Source: an uncultured Bacilli bacterium
GTDB taxonomy: Bacteria; Bacillota_I; Bacilli_A; RF39; UBA660
Direction: 5' to 3'
Assembly: GCA_934149245.1 (NCBI GenBank)
Contig: CAKPER010000003.1
Span: 2,269-66,268, forward strand
DNA length: 64,000 nt
Part shown: piece after piece, positions 56,266 through 64,000 of the stretch
How positions within the stretch are numbered: the stretch's first letter is position 1
How the letters are laid out: each line of letters starts with the position of its first letter
Notes under the pieces: generated by a model
What the model saw: only the letters and a program-made list of their open reading frames with translations
Told to the model about the DNA's origin: nothing
The model's database searches: none
Translations under genes and position numbers: made by a program

Positions 56266-58643
56266 AAAAGATAGTAATAGCGTTGGGAGGAAATGCGCTA
56301 GGAAAAACTCCCCAAGAGCAACATGATTTAATAGAAAAAACAGTTAAATATATTGTAGATTTAGTAGAAGATGGTAATCAAATTGTTATAACGCATGGCA
56401 ATGGGCCACAAGTAGGTATGATATATAATGCTATGAAAAGAGACAATATGCCATTTGCTGAAAGTGGTGCTATGTCACAAGGGTATATAGGTTATCAACT
56501 TCAACAAACATTAAAAGATGAATTAGATAAAAGAAAAATAGACAAAAGTGTAGTAACAGTCGTTACTCAGGTAGAAGTAGATCCTAAAGATAAAGCATTT
56601 AAAAATCCAACCAAACCAATAGGAGAATTTTTAAAAAAGGGAGAAGCTCAAAAAAGACAATCAGAAGATCATTCTATATATAAAGAGGATTCAGGTAGAG
56701 GTTGGAGAAAAGTGGTTGCATCTCCAGAGCCTAAAAAAATTCTTGAAATAAAGACCATTGAAAAATTAATGAGTGAAGGAACCATTGTTATTGCTTGTGG
56801 TGGTGGTGGCATTCCTGTTGTAATGACAAAAAAACAAGGATATGAAGGAATTGATGCTGTAATTGATAAAGATAAGACTAGTGCTATGTTAGCAAAAGAA
56901 TTAAATGCTGATGAATTATTAATTTTAACATCAGTAGATAAAGTATCGTTAAACTATAATAAACCAGATGAAAAAAAATTATCTAAAATGTCTGTAGCAG
57001 AAGCTAAAGTTGGAATAAGAAATGAACAATTTGGAGAGGGAAGTATGTTACCAAAGGTTGAAGCGGCTATAGATTTTGTAACTAATACTGGTAATAAGGC
57101 AATAATAACTTCTTTAGAAAAAGCAGCTTTAGCTACCTCGGGTAAAGCTGGAACAGTAATCTATAAAAGTTATAATCCTAAAGAAAAGCCTAAAAAAAGA
57201 GTTGCATTTTCATTAAGTGCCTTTACTATAATCTTAATTTTAATATATTTATTAGCCTTATCAACTCATTTTTTACCTAAGGCTACATTTAATGGAAATG
57301 AAATAGTAAATGGAACAGGAGTTGTTGGAGCAACATTATCACAAACACTATTAGCACCTATAAAAGGTTTTGGTGATGCTATAGATATATGTGTATTTGT
57401 TTTAATACTAGGTTCTTTCTTAAAAATAGTAAATTCGACAAACTCTATAGAAACAGGTGTTCAAGTATTAATAAAAAAATTACATGGACATGAATTAATA
57501 TTGATACCAATTCTTATGATTTTATTTTCCATAGGAGGAACCACTTATGGAATGTTAGAAGAAACGGTAGGTTTTTATGCGTTATTAGCAGCTGCTATGG
57601 TTGCTGCTGGAATGGATACAATAGTATCATCAGCAATAGTATTGTTGGGGGCTGGTTCCGGAGTACTAGGTTCAACAGTTAATCCATTTGCTGTTGGTGT
57701 AGCAATAGATGCTGCAAAAAAAGTATTACCAGCAGGAACAGAAATAAATCAAGGAATTATAATAGGGTTAGGCATTGTTTTATGGCTAACAACTCTACTT
57801 ATATCAATTTTGTTTGTAGTATCCTATGCTAAAAAAATAATAAAGAAAAAAGGTTCTACAATTTTAAGTATTCAAGAACAAAAAGCTATGGAAGCAACAT
57901 ATGGAGAAGAAATTAGTAAAAATGTAAAATTATCTGGAAGTCAGAAAATAACACTTATTCTATTTGCTTTAACTTTTATAGTAATGATAGTAAGTTTTAT
58001 ACCTTGGGAAGATTTTGGAATAAATATATTTGCCAATTCTAAAATTATAGGTTTATCATGGCTAGTAGGCTGTCCTCTTGGGCAATGGTATTTTCAGGAA
58101 GCAACTTTGTGGTTTTTAATTATGACAATTATAATTGCCTTAGTAAATCGTATGACAGAACATGAAATTGTAGATAAACTAGTAGATGGTGCTGATGATA
58201 TGGTAGGTGTTATTCTAATAATAGCTCTAGCAAGAGGCGCATCAGTATTAATGAGTCAAACATACTTGGACAACTATTTAATTTATAATGCTTCTAAAGT
58301 ATTAGAATCTGTACCTAAAATAGTATTTGCACCACTAAATTATATATTCCATCTAGGATTATCTGTATTAGTACCATCTAGTAGTGGGCTTGCTACCTTA
58401 TCAGCACCGATTATGGCACCACTTGCTCAAAAAGTAGGTTATAGTGTAGAGACAACTATTATGGAAATGGTTGCTGCTAACGGTTTTGTAAATTTATTTA
58501 CTCCAACTTGTGGTGCTATAATGGGAGGATTAGCTCTTGCTAAAGTGGAATACACTACTTGGTTAAAATGGGTATTTAAAGTTCTAATAACTATAGCGAT
58601 AGCTAATATCTTAATTTTAACAATAGCAATGTTAATATTGTAA
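56262..58643 (+). CDS. arcC: carbamate kinase fused in frame to a YfcC/DcuC-like polytopic transporter
   Basis: Residues 1-305 are carbamate kinase: [39 protein letters not shown] short linker follows ([11 protein letters not shown]). The remaining ~480 aa have about 11 TM helices and begin [15 protein letters not shown], like YfcC-family N-termini. There is no stop codon and no ATG/GTG/TTG codon in frame around the junction. Confidence 0.85.
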   Translation: MKKIVIALGGNALGKTPQEQHDLIEKTVKYIVDLVEDGNQIVITHGNGPQVGMIYNAMKRDNMPFAESGAMSQGYIGYQLQQTLKDELDKRKIDKSVVTVVTQVEVDPKDKAFKNPTKPIGEFLKKGEAQKRQSEDHSIYKEDSGRGWRKVVASPEPKKILEIKTIEKLMSEGTIVIACGGGGIPVVMTKKQGYEGIDAVIDKDKTSAMLAKELNADELLILTSVDKVSLNYNKPDEKKLSKMSVAEAKVGIRNEQFGEGSMLPKVEAAIDFVTNTGNKAIITSLEKAALATSGKAGTVIYKSYNPKEKPKKRVAFSLSAFTIILILIYLLALSTHFLPKATFNGNEIVNGTGVVGATLSQTLLAPIKGFGDAIDICVFVLILGSFLKIVNSTNSIETGVQVLIKKLHGHELILIPILMILFSIGGTTYGMLEETVGFYALLAAAMVAAGMDTIVSSAIVLLGAGSGVLGSTVNPFAVGVAIDAAKKVLPAGTEINQGIIIGLGIVLWLTTLLISILFVVSYAKKIIKKKGSTILSIQEQKAMEATYGEEISKNVKLSGSQKITLILFALTFIVMIVSFIPWEDFGINIFANSKIIGLSWLVGCPLGQWYFQEATLWFLIMTIIIALVNRMTEHEIVDKLVDGADDMVGVILIIALARGASVLMSQTYLDNYLIYNASKVLESVPKIVFAPLNYIFHLGLSVLVPSSSGLATLSAPIMAPLAQKVGYSVETTIMEMVAANGFVNLFTPTCGAIMGGLALAKVEYTTWLKWVFKVLITIAIANILILTIAMLIL

Positions 58644-58784
58644 TTTATCATTATGTATATTTAAAAAGTCTCTGCTAGCGATATAAAATATTAATTGTTA
58701 ATAATTTAGTTATTATTTTAGAAAACAAAAAACGCTTATAATGATTTTTAAATATTTTCAAACTTAATGATATTAGAAGAATAA

Positions 58785-58815
58785 AACAGCATTCAAAATT
58801 TTGAGTGCTGTTTTT
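58785..58815 (+). terminator. rho-independent terminator of the arc operon (possibly bidirectional)
   Basis: 12-bp stem AACAGCATTCAA / TTGAGTGCTGTT (one G:U pair), 4-nt loop, T5. An A-run upstream would give a T-run on the minus strand. Confidence 0.65.
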
Positions 58816-58928
58816 ACACGGTATAAATATAATATTATTAATTGAATATAAAGTAACATAAGGTATACAGTTTTATTTAGGTAATTTTCTTTAGAAAACA
58901 TCTTCTTATTTTTGATACCTATTACTAT

Positions 58929-59378
58929 TTATTTAAAAATACCTCTTTTATATACTGGTAATATTTTTGGCTTTTGTCTACTTAAATAATTATTAACCTC
59001 TTGAAAAAACATTCTAATTTTGTTTACATTGTTAATAACTATATCTTTATTCTCTAAGTTATAAAGATTTTTATATTTATTAGGACTAATTCCAATATAT
59101 TTCTTAAAAGTTTCTGAGTAATACTCCAAACTATTAAAACCACTACTAATAGAAATGTTAAGAATTGATTTATTACTATCGAGTAATTGTATACTTTTAT
59201 ATATCTTCAATTTATTTATATAATTAATAATACTATCACCGATTTCTCTTTTAAATAATTTCATAATATAAAATCTATTATAAGAAAAATAATTGGATAT
59301 TTCATCTATTGAGATATCTTTTTTATAATTATTATTAATATAAATTAAAATATTACAAACAAGGTCATTTGAATACAT
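58929..59378 (-). CDS. AraC-family transcriptional regulator (DNA-binding domain only)
   Basis: 149 aa. It has a double HTH (ISIDEISNYFSYNRFYIMKLFKREIG and ISISSGFNSLEYYSETFKKYIGISPNKYK) and no ligand-binding domain. Confidence 0.8.
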   Translation of the reverse strand: MYSNDLVCNILIYINNNYKKDISIDEISNYFSYNRFYIMKLFKREIGDSIINYINKLKIYKSIQLLDSNKSILNISISSGFNSLEYYSETFKKYIGISPNKYKNLYNLENKDIVINNVNKIRMFFQEVNNYLSRQKPKILPVYKRGIFK

Positions 59379-59480
59379 AAAATACCTCCACTTAAGAAAA
59401 TTATATCATAAAAAGCCACTATTGTTTAAAAAATACTCAAAATATGGTTGTATATTAGAAAGTGAAAGGAGAGAAAAAAT

Positions 59481-60827
59481 ATGGAAAGCTATGCAAGATG
59501 GACTACTAAGAAAGAGTTAATTAATTTATTAACTAAAGTAAATCCAAAAGAAAAAATTAAAAATTCTGGTATCGTAATGGACTATGATTCTGATAATTTA
59601 TATCTAGATACTACTGATGCCCCAACATTAGTAATAGGAGGACAAGCATCTGGAAAATCTCAAGCTATCAGTCTTCCTTTAATAAAATCAACGTGTTTAG
59701 CTGAAGAATCAATTATTATAAATGATGTAGGAGGATTTTTCTATGAAAACACTTCAAAAGAATTCATTAATAATAACTATGATGTAAAAGTAATTAATTT
59801 TTCAGATGTAACTAAAACTAACTACTATAATCCACTAGCACTACCATATCTATTATACAAGGAAGGTAATAAAGATAAATCTTTAGAACTTATAGAAAAT
59901 TTAAGTTATTATATATTTAAAGATGAAGAAAATACTGATTCGTTTTGGATAAATTCATCAAGAGATTATTTTACAGGAATTGTTTTATATTTATTTGAAA
60001 ATGCTAAAGAGGAGGAAATTAATTTATCTAGTGTTTATTCTTTATCACTAAGTTTAAATGAAAATAAAAAATTAATAGAAGAAATAAATTCTTTAGACAG
60101 ACTAAACAGTATTTATATTTATCTTACAAATATAATAAGTGCTCCCAAAGAAACAAAAGGTGGAATAGTTGCTACATTTACTAAAAACTTAACACAATAT
60201 ATAGCTAAAGAAAATTTATCCAATATGTTATCATTTAATGATATTGATTTAACATCAATAACAAAAAATAAAACAGCTATCTACATCATAAATAAAACTG
60301 AACAATTAGCTAATAATTTAGCCTCATTACTTATAAATCAACTAATTGAAGCAACTATTATTTATGGTAAGAAAGAAAGAAGACTAAATATACTATTAGA
60401 TGAATTTAACAACTTGGCACCAATTTGCAATTTATCTAATTTGATTAATTATACAAGAAGCTTAAATATGAGATTTACAATTCTTTTAAATAGTTATATT
60501 GAATTAAAAAATAAATATGGAAAAGAAGAGAGTGAATTAATTAAATATTCTTGTTCTAATATCATTTACTTATTAGCAAAAGATGATTATACTTTAGAAG
60601 AAATAAGTAAATTATGTGGCAATCAAAACAGTAAATCAGCTTTGATAACCAAAGAAGAATTAAAAACTTTAAAACTGTTTGAAGCTATCATCTTAAAAAC
60701 TAGAGTAATGCCAATTAAAACAAAATTAAAACCTGACTATTTAATAAATTGGAATATCGATTTTTCTGAAAATAAAGATTATCCTCAAACTATCTTAAAA
60801 GAAAAAAACGTATATACTTATGAATGA
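59481..60827 (+). CDS. TraG/VirD4-like type IV coupling protein ATPase, lacking an N-terminal membrane anchor
   Basis: Walker A context TLVIGGQASGKSQAISLPLI resembles the T4CP APTRSGKG..V.P. Walker B NILLDEFNNLAPI and RSLNMRFTILLNSYIELKNKYGKEE follow the T4CP LDEF..lg / Qs..Ql...YG pattern. No hydrophobic helix is seen. Confidence 0.65.
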   Translation: MESYARWTTKKELINLLTKVNPKEKIKNSGIVMDYDSDNLYLDTTDAPTLVIGGQASGKSQAISLPLIKSTCLAEESIIINDVGGFFYENTSKEFINNNYDVKVINFSDVTKTNYYNPLALPYLLYKEGNKDKSLELIENLSYYIFKDEENTDSFWINSSRDYFTGIVLYLFENAKEEEINLSSVYSLSLSLNENKKLIEEINSLDRLNSIYIYLTNIISAPKETKGGIVATFTKNLTQYIAKENLSNMLSFNDIDLTSITKNKTAIYIINKTEQLANNLASLLINQLIEATIIYGKKERRLNILLDEFNNLAPICNLSNLINYTRSLNMRFTILLNSYIELKNKYGKEESELIKYSCSNIIYLLAKDDYTLEEISKLCGNQNSKSALITKEELKTLKLFEAIILKTRVMPIKTKLKPDYLINWNIDFSENKDYPQTILKEKNVYTYE

Positions 60828-60834
60828 TGAAAAG

Positions 60835-60868
60835 TCCTATTAGCAATAAAATTTGTTAATAGGATTTT
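60835..60868 (+). terminator. rho-independent terminator
   Basis: 12-bp stem TCCTATTAGCAA / TTGTTAATAGGA (one G:U pair), 6-nt loop, TTTT. Confidence 0.6.
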
Positions 60869-61025
60869 GCTATACGCACAAAAAATAACACTTAATTAAT
60901 AGTTGCCATAACACTAGTAGATGTGTTAGAATATACATCAAGGAAAATTCTAACTACTTTAAATAAAAACTATTGTATTTATCTAAAAAAGGGATTTTTC
61001 AATAATTTGAAAAGGAGTTAATAAA

Positions 61026-61982
61026 ATGGCAAAGAATGAAGAAATAACATTAAAAAATACAAAAGCAGAAATATTAGAGGCATTAAATGAAGCTTTAAAA
61101 AGAGAAAAAAATATGACTAAAGTTAAGTCTGATCCTGTAAAAGAAGAGCAAACAAAAAAAGAAAAAGAAGCAATAAATAACACTAGAGAAAATGTTGAAA
61201 AAAATATATTTTCTAATGAACTAATTAATAAATTTAATGAATTAGAATTAGCTATAAGAACTTTAGAAAATAAGTTAAAAGAACTTTATGGTGTAGAAAA
61301 AGAACTAAATAATCTTACTGTAATTATGAATGCTGGTAAGGATTGTATTGCAAATATTGAAGAGGAAAAGAAAATTAAAAAGCAAGAATTAGAAGATAAA
61401 ATTCAAAAACTAGATGAAGAATATAAGGAAAAGAAAGAAGAGCTAGAAAAAAATTATACTAATCAATTAAATAATATAAAACTAGAAAGAAAAAGAGAAG
61501 AAGAGGAATACAGCTATAATCTTAAACGTGAAAGAGAAATTAGCAATAATAAATGGCAAGATGAAAAAGCAAAAAGAGAACAAGAATTAGCAATAAAAGA
61601 AGCTGAAACATTAAAGATTAATAAAGAAGCAAAAGAAAAAGAAAAATATATTAGTGATTTAGAGAAAAGGGTAGAAGATATTCCAAAAACTTTACAAAAT
61701 GAATATGAAAAAGGAGTTAAAGATACTAAATTAGAATTAGAAAAAGAACATAAATATGCAACAGAACTTCTAAAAAAAGATTTTCAATCAACAATAGATA
61801 GACAAAATGATAAAATAGAATCTTTAACAGAAGAATTAAAATCTGTAACAAACCAAAATGCTTTGCTACAAGATAAAGTTGATAAAGCTTATCTAGAAAT
61901 TAAAGAACTAGCATCTAAAACAGTAGAAACAACAGGTGCTGTAAAGATAATCGGAAATTCTAATCAAGAAACAATTAGATAA
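61026..61982 (+). CDS. hypothetical Lys/Glu-rich coiled-coil protein
   Basis: AAAGGAG RBS. 318 aa, almost entirely charged heptad-like sequence. No TM segment or signal peptide. Confidence 0.45.
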   Translation: MAKNEEITLKNTKAEILEALNEALKREKNMTKVKSDPVKEEQTKKEKEAINNTRENVEKNIFSNELINKFNELELAIRTLENKLKELYGVEKELNNLTVIMNAGKDCIANIEEEKKIKKQELEDKIQKLDEEYKEKKEELEKNYTNQLNNIKLERKREEEEYSYNLKREREISNNKWQDEKAKREQELAIKEAETLKINKEAKEKEKYISDLEKRVEDIPKTLQNEYEKGVKDTKLELEKEHKYATELLKKDFQSTIDRQNDKIESLTEELKSVTNQNALLQDKVDKAYLEIKELASKTVETTGAVKIIGNSNQETIR

Positions 61983-62093
61983 AAATTCTCTTTTTTCTAT
62001 ACCTTTTACATAATTATTTAATAATGACATCTAAAATAGCGTTTACCTATATTGATAAATGCTATTTTTTTAATTAAATTGCTTTTAACATAT

Positions 62094-62122
62094 TTACTAA
62101 TACCTCCTAGGGGTGTTATAAT
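62094..62122 (+). promoter_or_regulatory. copper-operon promoter with a CsoR-type operator
   Basis: The GC-rich pseudo-palindrome ATACCTCCTAGGGGTGT (62100-62116) is conspicuous in AT-rich DNA. It resembles CsoR boxes (TACCC-N-GGGGTA type). It sits between a weak -35 (TTACTA) and a consensus TATAAT (62117-62122). Confidence 0.6.
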
Positions 62123-62143
62123 TACGCAAGGAGATGATAATAT

Positions 62144-62452
62144 ATGAATAATAACTGTAAACATTGTATCGATTGTACCAAAATTACTCATAGAGATGAA
62201 GAAACAAAGAAAAAATTAAATAAAAGATTAAAAACTATCGAAGGTCAAATTCGTGGTGTCCAAAATATGATTAATGAGGATAAATATTGTAATGATATAT
62301 TAATTCAACTCTTAGCAATAAATAAATCCATTAAAAGCGTTAGTAATGAAATTTTTAAAAATCATTTATCTACCTGTGTTGTTAGAGATATTAAAAATAA
62401 TGATCCCAAAATTATTGATGAAGTAATGGAACTAATAAGGAGATTAGATTAA
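62144..62452 (+). CDS. csoR: CsoR-family copper-sensing repressor
   Basis: KRLKTIEGQIRGVQNMI, Cys in DKYCNDIL, and H-x-x-x-C in NHLSTC. Confidence 0.88.
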   Translation: MNNNCKHCIDCTKITHRDEETKKKLNKRLKTIEGQIRGVQNMINEDKYCNDILIQLLAINKSIKSVSNEIFKNHLSTCVVRDIKNNDPKIIDEVMELIRRLD

Positions 62453-62784
62453 TGCAAGTTATATACGTAAAAATAGATGGCATAAGTTGTGATAATTGCA
62501 GAAATAAAATAACTAAAGAATTATTAAAGGTAAACAATATAACTGATGTGAGAATAGTTAAAAACATTGCTAAAATAACTACTACAACAAAAATTGATGA
62601 GGTAAAAATTGTGAATGTAATAAATTCATTAGGTTATTTTACCAAAAAAGACTATATAAGCACAAATATCATAGAATTCACGCCAAAAAAAGTAGGAGTT
62701 TACTCTATGAATTGTTGGATGAATATGCTTACAAATAACATTAAAGTTGTAGATGATGAAAAATATTTTGAGGTGAAAAAATGA
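62452..62784 (+). CDS. heavy-metal-associated (CopZ-like) domain protein with a cupredoxin-like C-terminal fragment
   Basis: HMA fold with GISCDNC in place of GMTCxxC. The tail EFTPKKVGVYSMNCWMNMLTNNIKVV resembles the last strands of Cupredoxin_1 proteins (G.Y...C.M.M....I.V). It has a TAATG overlap with csoR and an ATGA overlap with copA. Confidence 0.65.
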   Translation: MQVIYVKIDGISCDNCRNKITKELLKVNNITDVRIVKNIAKITTTTKIDEVKIVNVINSLGYFTKKDYISTNIIEFTPKKVGVYSMNCWMNMLTNNIKVVDDEKYFEVKK

Positions 62785-64000
62785 AAAAAATAATATTAAA
62801 AATAGAAGGAATGACTTGTAGTGCCTGTTCTTCAAGTTTAGAAAAATATTTACTAAAACAAGAAGGAATAAATGATGCCCTAGTAAACTTAGTAATGTCA
62901 TCAGCAAGTATTAGTTATGAAGATAATATTACAGAAGATGATTTAAATAGATTCATAAGTGAAGCTGGCTTTAAATCTCTAGGAATTTATGATGAACAGA
63001 AAGAAAATGTCAATCCTAATAAAAATAAATATTTTCTAGTTAATGGCCTAATTGCCTTATTAGTTCTATATATTTCAATGTCTCATATGCTCTCTCTACC
63101 AACAATCCCATTTTTAAATATGATTAATTATCCCATAAACTATTCAGTATGTCTCTTTATCTTCAGTATATATTTTATATATTTTGGTAAAGATATCTTA
63201 ATAAGTGGCTTAAAAAATCTAAAACATAAATCTCCTAATATGGATACTCTAGTAATGTTAGGCGTTGCCTCTAGCTTTATACTTAGTACTTTCAATATGT
63301 TTATGATATTAAAAGGCCATAATGAATATGTAGAAAATTTATATTTTGAAAGTGTCTGTATTATCCTTTACTTAATCAAATTTGGAAGATATATAGATAA
63401 TATCAGTAAAGAAAAAACTAAAGATGCTATAAAAGGCTTAGTAACCATTACTCCCAAAGCAGCACTTCTACTTATTAATGACAAAGAACAAGAAGTATCT
63501 ATTGATGAAGTTAAAAAAGGTGATATCTTAGTAGCCAAACCAGGAAATAGATTTGCAGTAGATGGTATTATCGTAAAAGGAAATTCTCATATAGATGAAT
63601 CGTTTATAAGTGGTGAATCAACACCAGTTAAAAAAAATAAACATGACAAAGTTGTAGCCGGATCAATTAACTTAGATGGAGAAGTTTTGTATAAAGCCGA
63701 AAATATCGGTAAAGATTCTACAATATCTGAAATAGTTAGATTAGTAGTAGAAGCCACAAATACCAAAGTTCCAATAGCTAGAATTGCCGACAAGGTAAGT
63801 GGCATCTTTGTCCCAATAGTTATGGTAATAGCCATAATAACTCTTATTATTCATTTACTACTTGGATTTACTCCAAGCGAATCTATTATTTATTTCGTAA
63901 CCGTACTAGTATGTGCATGTCCTTGCGCCTTAGGATTAGCAACTCCACTTGCAATTGTAGTAAGTGAAGGATTATGTGCCCAAAATGGGATATTAATTAA
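62781..64000 (+). CDS. copA: copper-translocating P1B-type ATPase, 5' part (it continues beyond the window and is absent from the ORF track)
   Basis: ATG after GAGGTGA. MKKIILKIEGMTCSACSSSLEKYL (HMA domain), the actuator motif ISGESTPV, and the CPC motif VCACPCALGLATP near 63910. The frame is open to base 64000. Confidence 0.92.
   Translation, partial: MKKIILKIEGMTCSACSSSLEKYLLKQEGINDALVNLVMSSASISYEDNITEDDLNRFISEAGFKSLGIYDEQKENVNPNKNKYFLVNGLIALLVLYISMSHMLSLPTIPFLNMINYPINYSVCLFIFSIYFIYFGKDILISGLKNLKHKSPNMDTLVMLGVASSFILSTFNMFMILKGHNEYVENLYFESVCIILYLIKFGRYIDNISKEKTKDAIKGLVTITPKAALLLINDKEQEVSIDEVKKGDILVAKPGNRFAVDGIIVKGNSHIDESFISGESTPVKKNKHDKVVAGSINLDGEVLYKAENIGKDSTISEIVRLVVEATNTKVPIARIADKVSGIFVPIVMVIAIITLIIHLLLGFTPSESIIYFVTVLVCACPCALGLATPLAIVVSEGLCAQNGILI

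Noticed and set aside
58929-61982. Integrative conjugative element or prophage remnant.
   Set aside because: No integrase, relaxase, VirB4, replication or phage structural genes are present, and no flanking direct repeats were seen. Only the orphan coupling-protein-like gene supports the idea, so it is reported as a finding rather than called as a mobile element.
62629-63835. Minus-strand ORFs 62629..62907 and 63587..63835.
   Set aside because: They are antisense to the HMA gene and to copA, whose frame carries the GMTCSAC, SGES and CPC motifs. The track omits copA only because it has no stop codon within the window.
1-64000. Scan for rRNA, tRNA, CRISPR arrays, integrases, transposases, reverse transcriptases and restriction-modification genes.
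   Set aside because: None was recognised by eye. No GC-rich structured-RNA islands, no regularly spaced identical non-coding repeats, and no ORF with the corresponding catalytic motifs were seen. A covariance-model search (tRNAscan/Infernal) would be needed to exclude small RNAs.

Overview
AT-rich (about 25-30% G+C by eye) chromosomal segment of a spore-forming Firmicute. spoIIR, murA, spoIID, a spoIIQ-like M23 gene, spoIIID and mreB/mbl appear in the order typical of Clostridia-like genomes. Nearly all genes are on the + strand. No rRNA, tRNA or CRISPR array was seen. The left 17 kb holds two paralogous type VIIb-like secretion modules: an EssC ATPase, a YukD/EsaB-like ubiquitin-fold protein and WXG-type helical proteins. 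One module has three tandem substrate-like paralogs. No EssA, EssB or EsaA genes are in view, and spoIIR plus a DUF204 gene sit between the two modules. This is my best candidate for the unusual system. Next come housekeeping and sporulation genes. These are interrupted by a 1150-aa repeat protein ending in a metallophosphoesterase domain, and by two short MITE-like elements with shared inverted ends and perfect 8-bp target duplications. Other non-standard items:
- an ecfA1-ecfA2-ecfT-truA block whose ATPases have degenerate catalytic motifs
- a single polypeptide with two RelQ/RelP-type small alarmone synthetase domains
- an orphan sufB
- an Amidase_3 protein lacking both zinc-binding histidines
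- a TasA/SipW-like operon whose signal peptidase is fused to a large polytopic membrane domain
- a complete agr-type quorum-sensing locus, including a 40-aa agrD that is absent from the ORF track
- an arcA-arcB operon ending in a carbamate kinase fused in frame to a YfcC-type transporter
- an orphan type IV coupling-protein-like ATPase with no membrane anchor
- a csoR/HMA/copA copper operon that runs off the right edge

All functional calls come from motif recognition by eye and gene context. No database search was possible.
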